Shown: piece by piece, positions 12,543-25,702 of the stretch
Layout: every line of letters starts with the position of its first letter
Position numbering within the stretch: the first letter of the stretch is position 1
Assembly (NCBI GenBank): GCA_001662655.1
Contig: KV460282.1
Strand: one strand, 5' to 3'
DNA: 59,036 bases
Source: Pseudogymnoascus verrucosus
Taxonomy: Eukaryota
Notes under the pieces: generated by a model
The model's input: only the letters and a program-made list of their open reading frames with translations
Told to the model about the DNA's origin: nothing
Database searches by the model: none
Made by a program: the position numbers and the translations under genes

Positions 12543-13949
12543 ATGAAGGTCACCGCTGCTGTCTTTGGGCTCCTTGCCTTTGCAGCTACCATTGAAGCTG
12601 CCCCCAAGACCAACAAGGCCGGTTCGGAAGCATCCATCGCCAACCTCAAGGACAAGATCAAGAATGTTGTCCTCATCACCATGGAGAATCGTTCGCTCGA
12701 CAACCTCCTCGGTGGACAGAAGACCAAGGGCATTGAGAACTCCGTCAACAATGGCCCATACTGCAACCCCCTCAACCTCACGGACACCTCTAAGGGCAAG
12801 GCATGCAGTAAGCCCAAGGACTACGATTCCATCCTCAACGACCCCGATCACGGCGTCCCAGGAAACAATATTGAGTTCTACGGCACCTTCTTGCCAGACA
12901 ACGCTGCCATCCAGGCAGGGAAGCTTAAGCCTACGATGAACGGTTTCGTCCATGAACAGCTCCGTCTGTACTCTGCTAAGCAAGACCAATCGGTCCTTGC
13001 TAACCAGGTCATGAACTACTACACTGAGGAGCAAGTTCCCGTCATCACTGGCTTCACCAAGGAGTTTGTTACCTTCAACAACTGGCACTCTGGCCACCCC
13101 GGCGTAAGTGATAAACTCCATAAGAAGCTTCCCATATTCTAACCCTCATCCCAGCCAACCAACCCCAACAGAGCCTACATCGTCTCAGGAACCTCCGCCG
13201 GCCACGGAACCAACGACGCCGACTTCGGCAAGAGCGCTCTAACCCAGCACTCCATCTTCGAGCAGCTGTCCTCCCAAAACATCACCTGGAAGAACTACGC
13301 CACCGTCGCCGGCGGCGGCGACGCCATGTACTTCGCCTCCACCGTCGCCAGCGGCGACTCCAAGACGAAGATGAAGTCCCTCAGCGAGTTCTACCAGGAC
13401 GCCTACCTCGGCCGCCTCCCGCAATTCACCTACGTCAACCCCTCGTGCTGCGGTGTCGGAACCAACTCTATGCACCCCACTGGCCTCGTCTCTGACGGAG
13501 AGGTCCTCCTCAAGCAGATGTACGATGCCATCCGCAATGGGCCGCAGTGGGAGAACACCCTCTTCATCGTCACTTTTGATGAGACTGGAGGTTTCCATGA
13601 CCACGTCGCGCCACCGCTTGCGCCGCGCCCAGATAACCTGACTTACACCGTCGCTACCCCTGATAAGGATCAGTACACTTTTGAGTTTGACCGTCTTGGA
13701 GGCCGTCTGCCAACCTGGATCATCTCCCCTTGGGTCGCTTCGGGGTACGTTGAGAAGCTTGGTGTTAACAGCGATGGCGAGACTGTGTCGTACAGTGCTA
13801 CGTCGATCTTGAGGACTCTTGGGTACCTGTGGGATTTTGCGCCCTTCACGCCGCGTGTTGAGTGGTCGCCTTCGTTCGATCACTTGATCTTGGAGAAGAC
13901 CAACAACAAGGCGAAACCGCAGGTGATGCCTAACCCAATCAAGTTTTAG
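12543..13949 (+). CDS. Secreted phosphoesterase family protein (phospholipase C / acid phosphatase)
   Basis: Signal peptide; KIKNVVLITMENRSLDNLLG, HPG|PTNPNR across intron ~13104-13154, SMHP, TFDETGGFHDHV, RLGGRLPTWIISPW; TATA-like TATATAAAG at ~12445. Confidence 0.9.
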
Positions 13950-15507
13950 ATGGCGGATGAAGATGATGATGTGATGGTGACAAAAAAAGGTGCAGTGTGC
14001 TGGATTTATTGAATTCATGTTTTACACTTATATGACCTTTTATTTTCAATAAAGTATCTTATTAATCATAAAATACTCTCATGCTTGTGGAAACTGTTCA
14101 TGCGATGTTAATACCGACTCTGGTAGTTCGGGCGTACGGAATCATTCCTGGAAGCGCATATAATGACAATAGGACGCCACCCTGACCACCATGGTGTGTG
14201 TATTGCGGAAACACACCAGCGTTGAGGTCATAGCCCTTTGATACTTTGGATGAAAATTACTATACAACAGTTTAGCCAGCGAAGGCGGGAATCCCATCCC
14301 CTTGAGACCGTGACTCAGCCCATTTCTGGCGGTGAGAACGTCGTCAAAAATATAAAGGGCAGTTACCGCCATAACATTAGAGACCTAACAAATATTTATG
14401 CAGCTTGAACCGATTCTAGGGACCGTCTTTTTCTATCTCGTTCTCCTGTGACGCTCAATTGTGTTGTATTGAGCTGGTATTGTTTGATCGTTAAAGTCGA
14501 GAAAGGGGTAAGAGAGGGGAGAATGGCCTAGATTTAACGATGATGTGATGATATGGGAGGGGGGTGGGATGGAAAGTAGTATATATGCCCCGTCACAGAA
14601 GGATAATCACATACGGCCATAGACTGAAGAGAATCGGGCATCCCGTCCGATCTGCCACACACAAGCTTGTAATCCACTTGCTTATTACTATCAATCGTGC
14701 CAATAGGCATAGCGTGGAATTTGAGCCCCTTGCTGCCTTAAGGGTGATCTTGGGGTGCAGCGAAGGTGGGCAGGGTGAGTTGACGGGTGAGTGAGTAGGG
14801 TGAGCGGGGTGAGGTGGCAACGTTTTGCTGTCAATTTTGTGCCGTTTTTAGCTTACGTACCTTGTTCAGTTGCCTTGCTCTTATCTTCTATAATCCACTA
14901 CGTAAAAAAGTGCAGAGCCACATTAGGATCACAATAGAAATGATCAGCACGTGATCAAATCCGTGTTCACCATTGCTGGCACACGATCGGGCTTGACCTA
15001 AGTGTGCTACGGGTTTATTAGGGTCAGCACGCAGTATGTAGCACTTCTACTGCTCTAGAACACCTCGTGTGCTAGTACAGTTAGGTCAGCACGCAAGGCG
15101 TGACAAAACACATGTGTACTTCATAAAAATGTCTTGAGATTGTTGGAGATTCCGGGGATGATCCAGGATTTGCCCAAGAAATGGCCCTATTTTTGGGCGT
15201 TTCCCAGGCGGCTCACTTGGTCTCAGCTGGGCAGTTGAAGTGAGACCGACCAAAACTCAGGGTTTTGGCCACCCCCAGGAATCAGGTATATAGTCACGTA
15301 GCCCAGTAAGATAGGTAGATAATTAAATCAATTCTATATGTTCTATATGTTCTATATCACCCGTTTTTGGGTGTGGAACGCCGTATTCCCCATTAATCCC
15401 TAGTAGAGATATCCTCTGCCTCAGCTACACCAGCTTTACACTAGCTTTACGCCAGCGCCATGTCACCGGCTCTTGAAAGGGCTAGCTTCTAGACATGATA
15501 GTTCTTA

Positions 15508-16254
15508 TCAATGTCTACCTGGTCGATAATTGTCCTCGTTGTGAAGTCGACCACGCGAGCCCATAGACTCCATGTCCACCTCTTCAACTGCGGCCGCTTT
15601 AGGCTTGGGGCCATTTCCTCTAAGATACAACCAGTCGCCCACGGCAATGTAAGCTCCAATTGTAGACACGAGACTATGACATTCATTAGATCTAGACTTC
15701 AAAATGACGAGCGTAACTGAGTAGGAAGAATTGGGGAGATAGCACATACCTGATGGCCACAGCCAAGGGAACTAAGACCCAACTCAAAATACAAGTCGTC
15801 CCTACACATCTCTTTATAATCCCCTGAACGGTGAATGCCACAACTGCCGGCCAGGCTACAACTTCTATACAGCTGAGAATCATGTTCACCTTTAACCTCT
15901 CTTTCAAAAACTTGGTGTGTCCGGAGACCAGCTGGTATGTAATGAACATAAGACTCTTTGCTCCCTATTTGCACCTCACTTGTCAGTCCATGAACTTTTG
16001 CAGATGCGTTCAGCAATCAGGAGGTGGAAGGATATATAACTTACCATGCTAAGTGCAATCTGCCCTGACATGCTCCGGCGACCACCATTCCCAGTAACAC
16101 CACTAGCAGCGGCTGCCGCCTTCATCTGCTGTTGGGTAAGTATCATGCGGCCGCCTGCAATTCCAGTAACGATTGCCGCAAGGGCGAGAGCCACCAGATG
16201 GCACCATAGCTTGATTTTGTGACGGGTTTGAAATGAGCCTTTCATCCAATTCAT
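15508..16254 (-). CDS. Small ~4-TM fungal membrane protein of unknown function (MARVEL-like topology)
   Basis: ATG 16254; introns at IALSM|GTAAGT and VAI-S|GTATGT..CTAAT..CATAG; four hydrophobic segments, CVGTTC loop and polar C-tail ending RPGRH*. Confidence 0.65.
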
Positions 16255-19200
16255 CGTTGCAGTTGCCGAATGGATTTTCTAATTGATTTAGCGTGACTCT
16301 GGGGAGCTTGTGTAGCCTCTTCTGGGGTTGTTGGATAGAGAGTAAGAGAGTTGAGGTTGTAATGATAATTGAGGCAATGAGACTCGGGCGAGTCGATGCC
16401 TAGTTATATAATCAAAGATTGTTGAGGCTTAGCAACAGTGTGCGTTACAGCCAAGAAACCTACATGCTAGCTGAATCATGCTGTCTTACTGTATACCGAA
16501 TTTTAAGATAAAATAGGTATAGAGGACCTCAGCGTTCGTCACTTCAATGCTCTAATTAAAGTTTTTTGGTGATATCGAGTCGTCAGCACTCGGACTCGGA
16601 CACTCGCACTCGTACTCGCTCGTACTCGCTCGCCAAGCTTCTGCCTCGTTTATAATGTAAGAAAATAGGACATAATACTCGTACGTGCGTACGTGCGTAC
16701 GTGTAAGAGGCGCTAGGAATCAAATACAATTAAATAAAGGTCATTATGTAGGGTAGCGTTATAGTAGTTATAGTAATAGTTAGATTTTAGTGTTTTGGTA
16801 ACTAGCTCGCCTCGGAAATACGTTATATATATATAAAATCTGCGACAACATCATAAAACTATTGTAACCATATATTAAGAGGAAGAAAAGAGGGTATAAT
16901 CGCAAGCGGAATAAAACTCGGACATAAATGTAAAGAGATAGTAGCCGCCGCGTCAGCGATATGTGGAGGTCCAGTGTGCGATTCATTGTTTTACCATCCC
17001 ATTCTCCGATCCAAACCAATCCCCACCACCCAGCTCGCCCGGACTTCCCCCTTTCCACAAGCGATCATCTCGGACAAAAAAATGGCTATGTATGAACCCG
17101 CCACAGTACCTGATCAATCCTCAATACACAAACCAAACGTGTCACACAGTCTATGGAGCGCCTGGGCCTCCGAACAGAGACAAAAATCCAGAGCCCGCCA
17201 CAAGCGTGGTTGAGATTCCCTATCCCATTGGGGTTGGGAAGGGGGTGGCAGTGGCGGGGAGAAACGCTGACGGTGGCATGCATCTGCGGTGACAGCAGCA
17301 GGGGTTCAATGACAGGGAGCTTCACTGTTGGTTCTGCTTATTTGTGTGCATAGATACGTAACTCTCATCATTGTCCCCGTTAATAAACCCGAGGTCACTC
17401 TCTGACACATCTATCTTTGCCATCTTAAACATTATAGTAACTTCGACTGGACTACTGGGGACGTCAATGTGCTTATAAAACTTGTTTACATCTTGTCGAC
17501 TTCTTGCGCCTCCAGAGTGCTTTTTATACTCGAAGCAGGTCATGCTACTACATCAGCACCAGGACAGAAACAATGCGATGACAGCCAGAATCCATACTTT
17601 CCTTTACTCTTGACTACCCTAGGAGATGAGCTCATTCTACATCGACATCTAAGCACCACCGCTCCCCCTCTTTCAAAGCCCACTAGCGCCCTACAGACCT
17701 GCTGGCGATGAAGAGAAGCAAACTCACCCTAGTTACCACTTACACCAGCACGAGCACTGATCGTCGACTCTGGAATCACATATATCTCACTCTTCCAGGT
17801 AAGAACCTTCTACCTGCTCGACCACTCCCTCCAACCTCAGTGAGGATGATGATCGTGGAGTCTACACAGCTGAATTTCATCATCACAACCACGTAACACC
17901 CCTTGAAGCTCCCCACCCCCGCCACCCCACCCTGGCTTCACATACACACATCATACACATCCAAACCTCAGCAACCAAGAGCCGTAACCAACTCCACACA
18001 CTACACCAGACTTGACCAGCAATCTACACCCCATCTCTTACCCCGTCAACTAAACTAAGTCTCTAAGGCCCCTTCAGAACAAACTCCGCCACCGCTAACA
18101 CCCACCAACACCCAAGAACACCCACCAGCACCCCCCTTCCTCCAGCCCCCTTACCAAACCAAGCCCCTCTTCCATCCCCAAACCCCCCTCCCCCTCCCCC
18201 GAGCCCCTCCACTACCGCACCCCCCAGCAACCGCTATATACTCCCTCCCCTTTCTCCCCCGAAACATTCAACTCACCAATGCTTTTACCACTTCACAAAC
18301 ACCTTCGCAAGTGCGTGTGAAGCTGGTGTGTGACTGTTTTGAGAACTGAGATGTGAGTGGGGTGTGGTGTGATGTGGTCTCGTACAAGGAGGTGTTGTGG
18401 TGGTGGTGGGGAGGAGTGTGGTGACGGTGGTGAGAATAGTGGTGGTGAGAATGGAGGTGGTGAGAACGGCAGCGGTAGTGAGAAATCGCCACAGCCCGCA
18501 GACGCTTTGTTAACTCCGCCGCCACGGACGCGATATTTCCACCCACATCACCCTATTGAACACACGCCACCCCCTCTCAGTTGACCCATCAAAAAGAATG
18601 GGCTCGGACCTGGAGTTGTTGTCGTGGATGTGGCGGTGGTATATATACTGACCCCATCTATCCACTTCAACCACCACTGCCCATTCTCGCGATCGTAGTG
18701 TGCTCCCCATGGCAGGACGACAGGATGAGCTGTTCACTGGTATGGGTAGAGTGCAGGGTTCGATATCACGCGGAGTACGATGGCATTTAGACAACTGCAA
18801 TTTTTAGATCATAACTCATAACCCCCCACCCTCACCCCCCCTCAAAGCACATACATATAAAAAAAACAGACATTTATATTCACCCCCCCCCGCTCGAATC
18901 ATATACAAAAAACCCCCCTTCCCCCCTTCCCCCCTTCCCTCCTTCCCCCCCAATCTCCCCCCTCAGACTACAAACAAACTAAATGCTAGAATAAACAAGA
19001 AAGACATATGCTATACACACGATTGATTCCTCCAACCCCGACCGCGACCGGTCCCTGACCGAACGAACCCGATAATCCCAAGTTGTACCCCCGTTGAACC
19101 CCGATTTGTGATGACCCCGTCCTGAGAACGCCGATGTAAAGTAAATGATGATGTGTGTGATGTGGTGATGTGTGTGATGTTGTTGTGGTGATGTTGTTGT

Positions 19201-19406
19201 GGTGATGTGATGTTATATGTGATGATGATGTAGGTGATGATAGTAAAAAAATAGACGAAGACAAGTCGCTAGATGTACTCGGCACTCAGCCGGAACGGAA
19301 CGGGGTAAAGGTATGCAAAAACATGCATCCCAACCACCACAATAAGCCAAAAAAAAAAAGGCTGACTCAAAAACACAGAGAAACGAACAAGAGGCGTCCG
19401 AGACCA

Positions 19407-21629
19407 CTACGCCGTCCCCTCCCCCCCCCTCCCACCCCTCTGCATCTCCGCCAACCTCTTCTGTCTCTCCCTACTCTCCTCCACACTCCTCGGGTGCCTC
19501 TGCCACGTTAACCCCGTAACCACCACACCCCCCACAAGCACAAACGCACAAACCCTCATCTGCTCTCTAAACGCGCTCGCGTACGCCGCTCTGACCGCTT
19601 CCTGCTGCCCTTCCGAGAAACTCGGTAATGCAGCTAGGGAGGCGCGGAGAGAGGACAGCTGGGGGAGGGAGAGGGGGGAGGTGGCGTGGGTGAGAAGGGC
19701 GCGGAGGTGGCGGTTGAGGATTATGGTGCCGATGGCGAGGGAGATGGAGCCGCCGAGGACGCGGGATTGGCCTACGGCGCCTTGAGCGGCGGCTGGGGGG
19801 GGGTGTTAGTTTGGTTCTGCGATTAAGTTTAAGGGATGCGAAGGGGGAGGGTGGGGTGAAGGGGGAGGGTGGGGTGAAGGGAAAGGGAAAGTAAAAGGGA
19901 AGTAAGACATACCAACAGTATCAAAATCATGAGCCAACGCCATCATCATAGTAATACTCGTAAACGCCAACCCGAACCCCGTCCCCAAAATAACCTGATA
20001 CCCATACTGCGCCCTCGGGATCCTCAGCCCATCCCCCGTCGTCGACAACAACCCCGACCCGAGACACGTCAGCGCCGTCGCAAAAATAAGCGCATGCGCA
20101 GTCAAATTTTTGCGTGTCGCGATCCCGCCCCCCAGCGTGGTGCCCAGAGCTACCCCGCCCAGGAACGGGAGCGTGTGGATCCCAGCCATGACGCTGCTGT
20201 CGTTATTCACGACTTGGAAGCGGATGGGGAGGTTGATGAGGATCATGAAGAAGGGAAACCCCACGATGAGGGAGGAGAGGATGCCGGGGCCTGTTGGTCG
20301 CTTCAAAGCTATTGAGAGGGGGAAGATCGCTTTAATCCGCAGCCCGGACCGACCGCTCTCGAGATACACGATCCATGCGATGAAGGCTACCCATGATGCG
20401 GCGGAGATGGTGAGCGTGGCGACGATGACGGGGCTGCTCCAGGCGTATTCTTGGGAGCCGGCTTGTTGGAGGGCGAATACCAAAAGGACGGTGGCGACGA
20501 GGAGGAGGAATGCGCCGAGGACGTCCATTTGGGCGATGGAGGTGGAGAGGCGGTTTTTGCGGTCCGCTTGCGCGGGCCAGGCGATGAGGATTAGGCCTAT
20601 GCCGAGGACGGCGGCGGGGGCGTTGAAGAGGTATATCCACCTCCACGTGGAATTATGCGTTATCACACCACCCAGGATAGGGCCGAGGACGTAGGAGAAT
20701 GCGAAAGACATGCCGACTAAGGAGGACATCAGGGCCCAGAGCTTGACGGGGGTGATTTGCGGGAGGACGATCATGGAGAGGGAGAAGAGGCCTGAGCCGC
20801 CGATGCCTTGGAGGGTGCGGAAGGCGATAAGCTGGTTGATGTTTGTGGCCAGGCCGGAGCCGAGGGAGAAGGCGGCGAAGAGAATCCAGGCGAGGATGCT
20901 GGCGCCTTTGCGGCCGATGCCGTCGGAGATGCGGGCGAAGATTACGGCGAAGCCTGGGGGTGGGCGTTAGGGAGGTGTAAAGAGAGGGTGGTGGGAGGGT
21001 GAAGGGGGAGTGAGGGAGGGGGCGTACCCATATATGAGAGGAGGTAGGATATCACAACCCAGGTAGTCTGTCCAACTCGTTAGCCATCATCTTCAATTCG
21101 CGAGAGTAGCGACGGGCACATACAGTAGTCGTAGCTGAAAAGTCCTCCCCAATAGACACCAGTGCCGTAGCTGTAATCGACGTCTCGAGTGTCGCGAGGA
21201 AAAGGCCAAGCAATAATCTGTAGACGTCACGTCATTAGCCGTTATCCCTCAGTATCACCAGCTCCACCATAGCTCCTCTCCACCAGAGCTCCATCCCACC
21301 GCAACATCCCCTCCCTCCCAAACTCCCACCTCCAACCCAGGATATATCCAGGAAATAACTCACGCAGTCGTAACACCGCCTAACCTCCACCCCTCCAGTG
21401 GCCTCAACGCCGCCTCCCCAGCCCTCTCCCTAAACCCCGACGAATTCGCCTGCGTATCCCCATTCTGCGCACCCCGTTCATGGAGCGTATGTGACGCGGC
21501 GCCGCCCTCCTCGGCCTTGCCGCTGCTGCCGCTGCCGTCTGTTTCTGACGGGGGGCGAGAGGACTTGGAGCGCCCGTCGAGGGAGACGAGGTCCATGGTT
21601 GTGGATGTTGAGGCGCGGTGTTTGGGCAT
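19407..21629 (-). CDS. MFS multidrug/toxin exporter, DHA2 (14-TMS) family
   Basis: Probable ATG at 21629 or 21596. Spliced LLLGLFLATLETSITATALVSIGEDF..TWVVISYLLSYMG|FAVIFARISDGIGRK, FRTLQGIGGSG, GPILGGVIT..WRWIYLFNAP, RVLGGSISLA; stop TAG at 19409-19407. Confidence 0.92.
19840..19880 (+). repeat. 18-bp G-rich direct repeat in the last MFS intron (G-quadruplex-prone)
   Basis: GAAGGGGGAGGGTGGGGT x2 followed by GAAGGGAAAGGG. Confidence 0.75.
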
Positions 21630-22384
21630 CTGGGCGGGTGCGGGGGTGTGTGTGTGTGTGTCGATGAAGGTGGGTGGGTTGGTGAGCTTGGCGGTTGGAA
21701 TTCGAGATGGGATATTGCTCGTGTGGTGTGGAGTGTTGTTTGTCGTCAATGGACTCGCGCGGCGACGGTGGTGGGTGGTGGTGGTGATGATTCAATCAAT
21801 CTCACAATCAAGGCGCTCGCACCTCGGTCCCAGCAACGTATGCAAACCCAATGGCCTCACGAAACCCAAGCTCAGCCAAACAAATCCAATCAATCAATCA
21901 AACCAAACAAGCAGGAATTGGATATCGAATGGAGCACAAAAAAAAGAGAGAAGACGGGAAGAGGAGGAGGAGGAATAAGCTTCGCTCAAGAAGTAACCTT
22001 CTTCCCTTCTCCTAACGCACGCTTCCTCGCATATCTCTCGGTGATCGACTTGCTCGTTGCGTGTCCGTTCGTTCGTTCGCTGTCCGCTCTCCGGTGCTTT
22101 TAACGATCGATCGAACCGGACGACGGTTGGTGGGTGCGTCGGTTTCGGTGCAGGAAAGTCGCGCGGAGGAGTCGACAGAACGTAGCAGGATGGCCGTGGC
22201 GGGGAGGGTCGCTGGCGGCGGGACGACGTGCAGAGGGGGTTTAGCGGATAGGCGGTGGGGGGGGTTGCTTGTACGTCGGTCGCTGGGGAAAGGGGTGATC
22301 GGCGGGGGAGGAGGTGTTGGAGATGGAGATGGTGGTGAGGTTATGGGGGGAGGGGGAGGGGAGGGCCGAGGCCTGGACGGCGTG

Positions 22385-22436
22385 TGCCCAGCATCTGCCC
22401 AGTGTATGCCCAGCGTGTGCCCAGCATTTTGCCCAG
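22385..22436 (+). repeat. TGCCCAG x5 array with 11-12 bp period upstream of the MFS gene
   Basis: TGCCCAG starts at 22385, 22396, 22407, 22418 and 22430. Confidence 0.85.
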
Positions 22437-23044
22437 TGATTGATGGGATGGACCGGGGGGGGGTGGACAAGCGGAGAGAGAGTCAACGGGTTCGACGTTG
22501 TCGATAAAGTACCATGTCTGCGTCTCCACCCCCATCTCCGCCGCGGCCCCGTTCGTCATGGGGGGGGGGTATGGGGGGGTGTTGTAGGACTCTCCACTCT
22601 CCGACTCGCACTTTCCATATGTGGACGGATATAACGGGGGGGATTTCGGGAGTTTCCTGGTGTAGAGAGGCGGATCGTTTAGTGGTGGTGGTTGACCCGG
22701 TAGTCGATGTTCGGAGACATGGCCAGAAGGGGTCGTTCGATTAGACTCGGTCGACTATCTAGATGCGGTTAGAAGGGGAGATTGAAGATTTATTGGGAGG
22801 GTGTGTGCAGGGATAAGGGTGTGTGTGCAAGGGACAGGGGGGGTGGCATGGAGGTGCATAGAGGTGCAGAATTAGAGGTACGTACTCTTTTCTACTGTTT
22901 TATAGACAGGGGGCGGGACAGGGGGTGGGACAGGGAGTGAAATGGGTACTTGGAAGGCTAGTCTGGATTGGGAATAGTGTTGTAGTGTGGTCTGTACTGG
23001 TGTCCGTACTCTTTAGTACTGAAATCTGTTAGTGGATGTACACA

Positions 23045-23220
23045 CTGTACTCGATTTTATGGTAGTAATTTTTACTGTAGTGCTGATTTTACTGTAGTAC
23101 TCGATTTTATACTACTGGTTTTACTATAGTACTGCATTTTATAGTAGAGTTGCATTTTATATTACTGTATTTTACGTATATCTACTGCATTTTACGTATA
23201 TCTACTGTATTTTACGTATA
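23045..23220 (+). repeat. AT-rich minisatellite, 20-bp unit
   Basis: Three near-perfect copies of (TC)TACTG(C/T)ATTTTACGTATA at 23161-23220, with degenerate TACT..ATTTTA copies upstream. Confidence 0.8.
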
Positions 23221-24981
23221 ACATCATATACTCTACCACATACAATACACCTCCGATGCACAACTGATTCCTCGTACATTTCAACCAATAACAAAACAAC
23301 CAGCATGTCACGTGCCACCATATATCTCCTCTCCTCCCCCCCTACCAACCTCATCGCCCAGCCCGAAGCAACTGCCACATCTCCCTCCCTCCACTCCATC
23401 TCCATAACAATCTATTCCCGTCCTCCCACCGCCGATGCACTCATCCTTCCTCCGCCCCCCAGTGGAGATCTCAGTTGGACCTCATATCCCTCCCGTCTTC
23501 TACCTGCTGTCTTCTACCTCCCGTCTTCTCCCTCCTCCTTCCTCCCTGCCGTCCTCTACCTCCTGCCTCTACCTCCCCTCCCTCCCGTCTCCCTCCCTAC
23601 CCCTAGCCGAACCCAATCTACCCTCCTCCTTCTCCACGCAACCGAGATCTCACCATCTCTTGGCTCTCCCCCCCCCCCGTTCCTCGTGTTGGATCTCCCA
23701 CCCACCTCGCATTGTTGCACACAACCCAATCCATCCACGCGCACCGGACTCTAGGGACGAACCCGGCAACGTAGCTCCTTCCCTCTCCTGATCATCCCTC
23801 CGAGACGGGTACCGGACTGTCGGGTTTGGTGTGGGTGATTCCCTCGGCATCAGGGGGGTGTTGGGGATCCGATCCGATCCGATGCGTGCGCGTGTCTCAT
23901 TTTGAGTATGTGGTGGTGTGTGTGTGTGTCAGGCTTGGAGTGTCATGTTTGCAGTGTCATGGTGTTGGTCCCAGTTTATGGGCGGACTGCGGCGGGATTA
24001 TTTGGGGACTTGGGGTGTATGGGTCGTGTGCTCAGACAGACTCTGATGGATGCGAGGTTAGGCCGAGATGGATGTTGCCTCGACTCGGTCTTAAGTTGTA
24101 GATATGCGGTATGTAGAGTATGTAGAGTTGAGTACACTCCCGAAAATACCACCGCGACATACTCCGTACCTACTGTAGATACTGTATCTACGGTATCTAC
24201 GGTATCACATGTATCGTATTCTACACACCCGTATATGATATCATACAGCACAAAAAATCCGACACATCACCTCGCACGAACCCCATCCGCCGCGGCAACT
24301 CACTCCCTCCCGCCGCGGTACGCTGAAGATGTCTCATCCGCCCTCACTTCCCATCACCCAGCCGACATGTCATGTCATCCCGTGCTCCCCTCCCGTCTTG
24401 CCGCGCGAGTCCGCTGGTAGTACTCCAGTCCAGCCCAGTCCAGTCCAGTACAGTACAGTACAATGTGGTGCACAACTATAAGGACCCGCGTGTAACGTAA
24501 CCCCCATGCTGTCTCGTCTCGAATCTTGCGGTTACCGTGCCAGCAGCTGGTAGCTGGTGGTCTGTCCGCGATCCTGATTCTGCGGGTGTTGTCTCACATG
24601 CTGTCGATACGGCGGTGGCGGTGTCTTTGATAGCCCAGATGCACTTCCTTGCTTTGCGCGCCTACACACACCACCATGGTACAGCAGTAGTGGTGCAAGC
24701 GTATCGGCGGTGGTTGTGGTTGTGGTGCATACGAGCTGGTAGGGGCGGGGGGTAGGGGTTACTCACTTACTTACTGTACTTGTGCTGTAGATGGACGTGG
24801 TGGCGGGTGTTACCGCCGCCGTCGGCAACCGTCCATGCGCCGTGTGGTGCGATGTGCGATGCAAGCTGCGTGTGTGTGTGGTGATGCATGATGTGCCAAG
24901 GTAAGTCATGTGTGCGTGCCAAGTCGCGATGGTGGTATGTGGAACGCGGGGTAATATATATACGGCGTGGAAGCCGAGATG

Positions 24982-25015
24982 GTGTGTGTGTGTGTGTGGT
25001 GTGGTGTGGTGTGGT
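24982..25015 (+). repeat. (GT)n / (GTGTG)n microsatellite
   Basis: gtgtgtgtgtgtgtgtggtgtggtgtggtgtgg. Confidence 0.8.
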
Positions 25016-25702
25016 GCCAAGACGGAGGAAATGAGGGGAGGAGGGTATGGCCACGCTGGCAGTGAGGGTGTAAACAGGTTTGTTGCGCTGTGCGGTGTGG
25101 TGGGTGGTATGCTATATGTGTGATGTGCCGAGGTTGGATGTGGTGAGGGGTTTGATGGAGAGGGGGTTGCGTGTTGATAGGGGAGGGGTTGATATGGAGG
25201 AGGGGATGTGGAGGTAAGGGGTTTTTGAGAGTGTGAGGTAGATTAGGAGGTGTGTGAGGGTAAGATGTGGGATAGGTAGATGGGATATATAGCTCTTCAG
25301 AGTCGACGGTAGCCGTGAAGAGAGTCGTAGTGCCTCTTGGTTGGGGGAGTATGGCTGCAGAGGTAAATAAGTACGTAACCCTCTCCTATCTTGTAAGTGC
25401 AAACTGATATTTGCCTTGAATCTATCCTACTATAGTGGTATGTGCGTATCCAACAAATAAATCCATCTCAGTCGTGATAGACCTTCTATATACACCCCTT
25501 TTTCTACCCCCTTCCCCTTCCCTTCCATCAGCGACGCTGCCAGCCGTATATTCATCATACCCCAAAGAAACCAATTTCCATCACGATGTCCGTCGTCGTA
25601 TATACACCCCCTTTCCCCTTTCCCCTTTCCCTCCACTTCCCTCATTCCCCCTACCCCCCCCTCCCCCTTAACCCTCCTGGGAGCCTGTCATCCTCCCACC
25701 AA

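Noticed and set aside
16960..17900. Short ORFs and a stop-riddled frame that could be a decayed gene
   Set aside because: No recognisable family; cannot be supported without a homology search.
18740..18775. GGTTCGAT resembling a tRNA T-loop
   Set aside because: No T-stem pairing, acceptor stem or D-arm.
24171..24195. Hairpin TACTGTAGATAC-T-GTATCTACGGTA
   Set aside because: Explained by local 9-bp slippage repeats of a near-palindromic unit.
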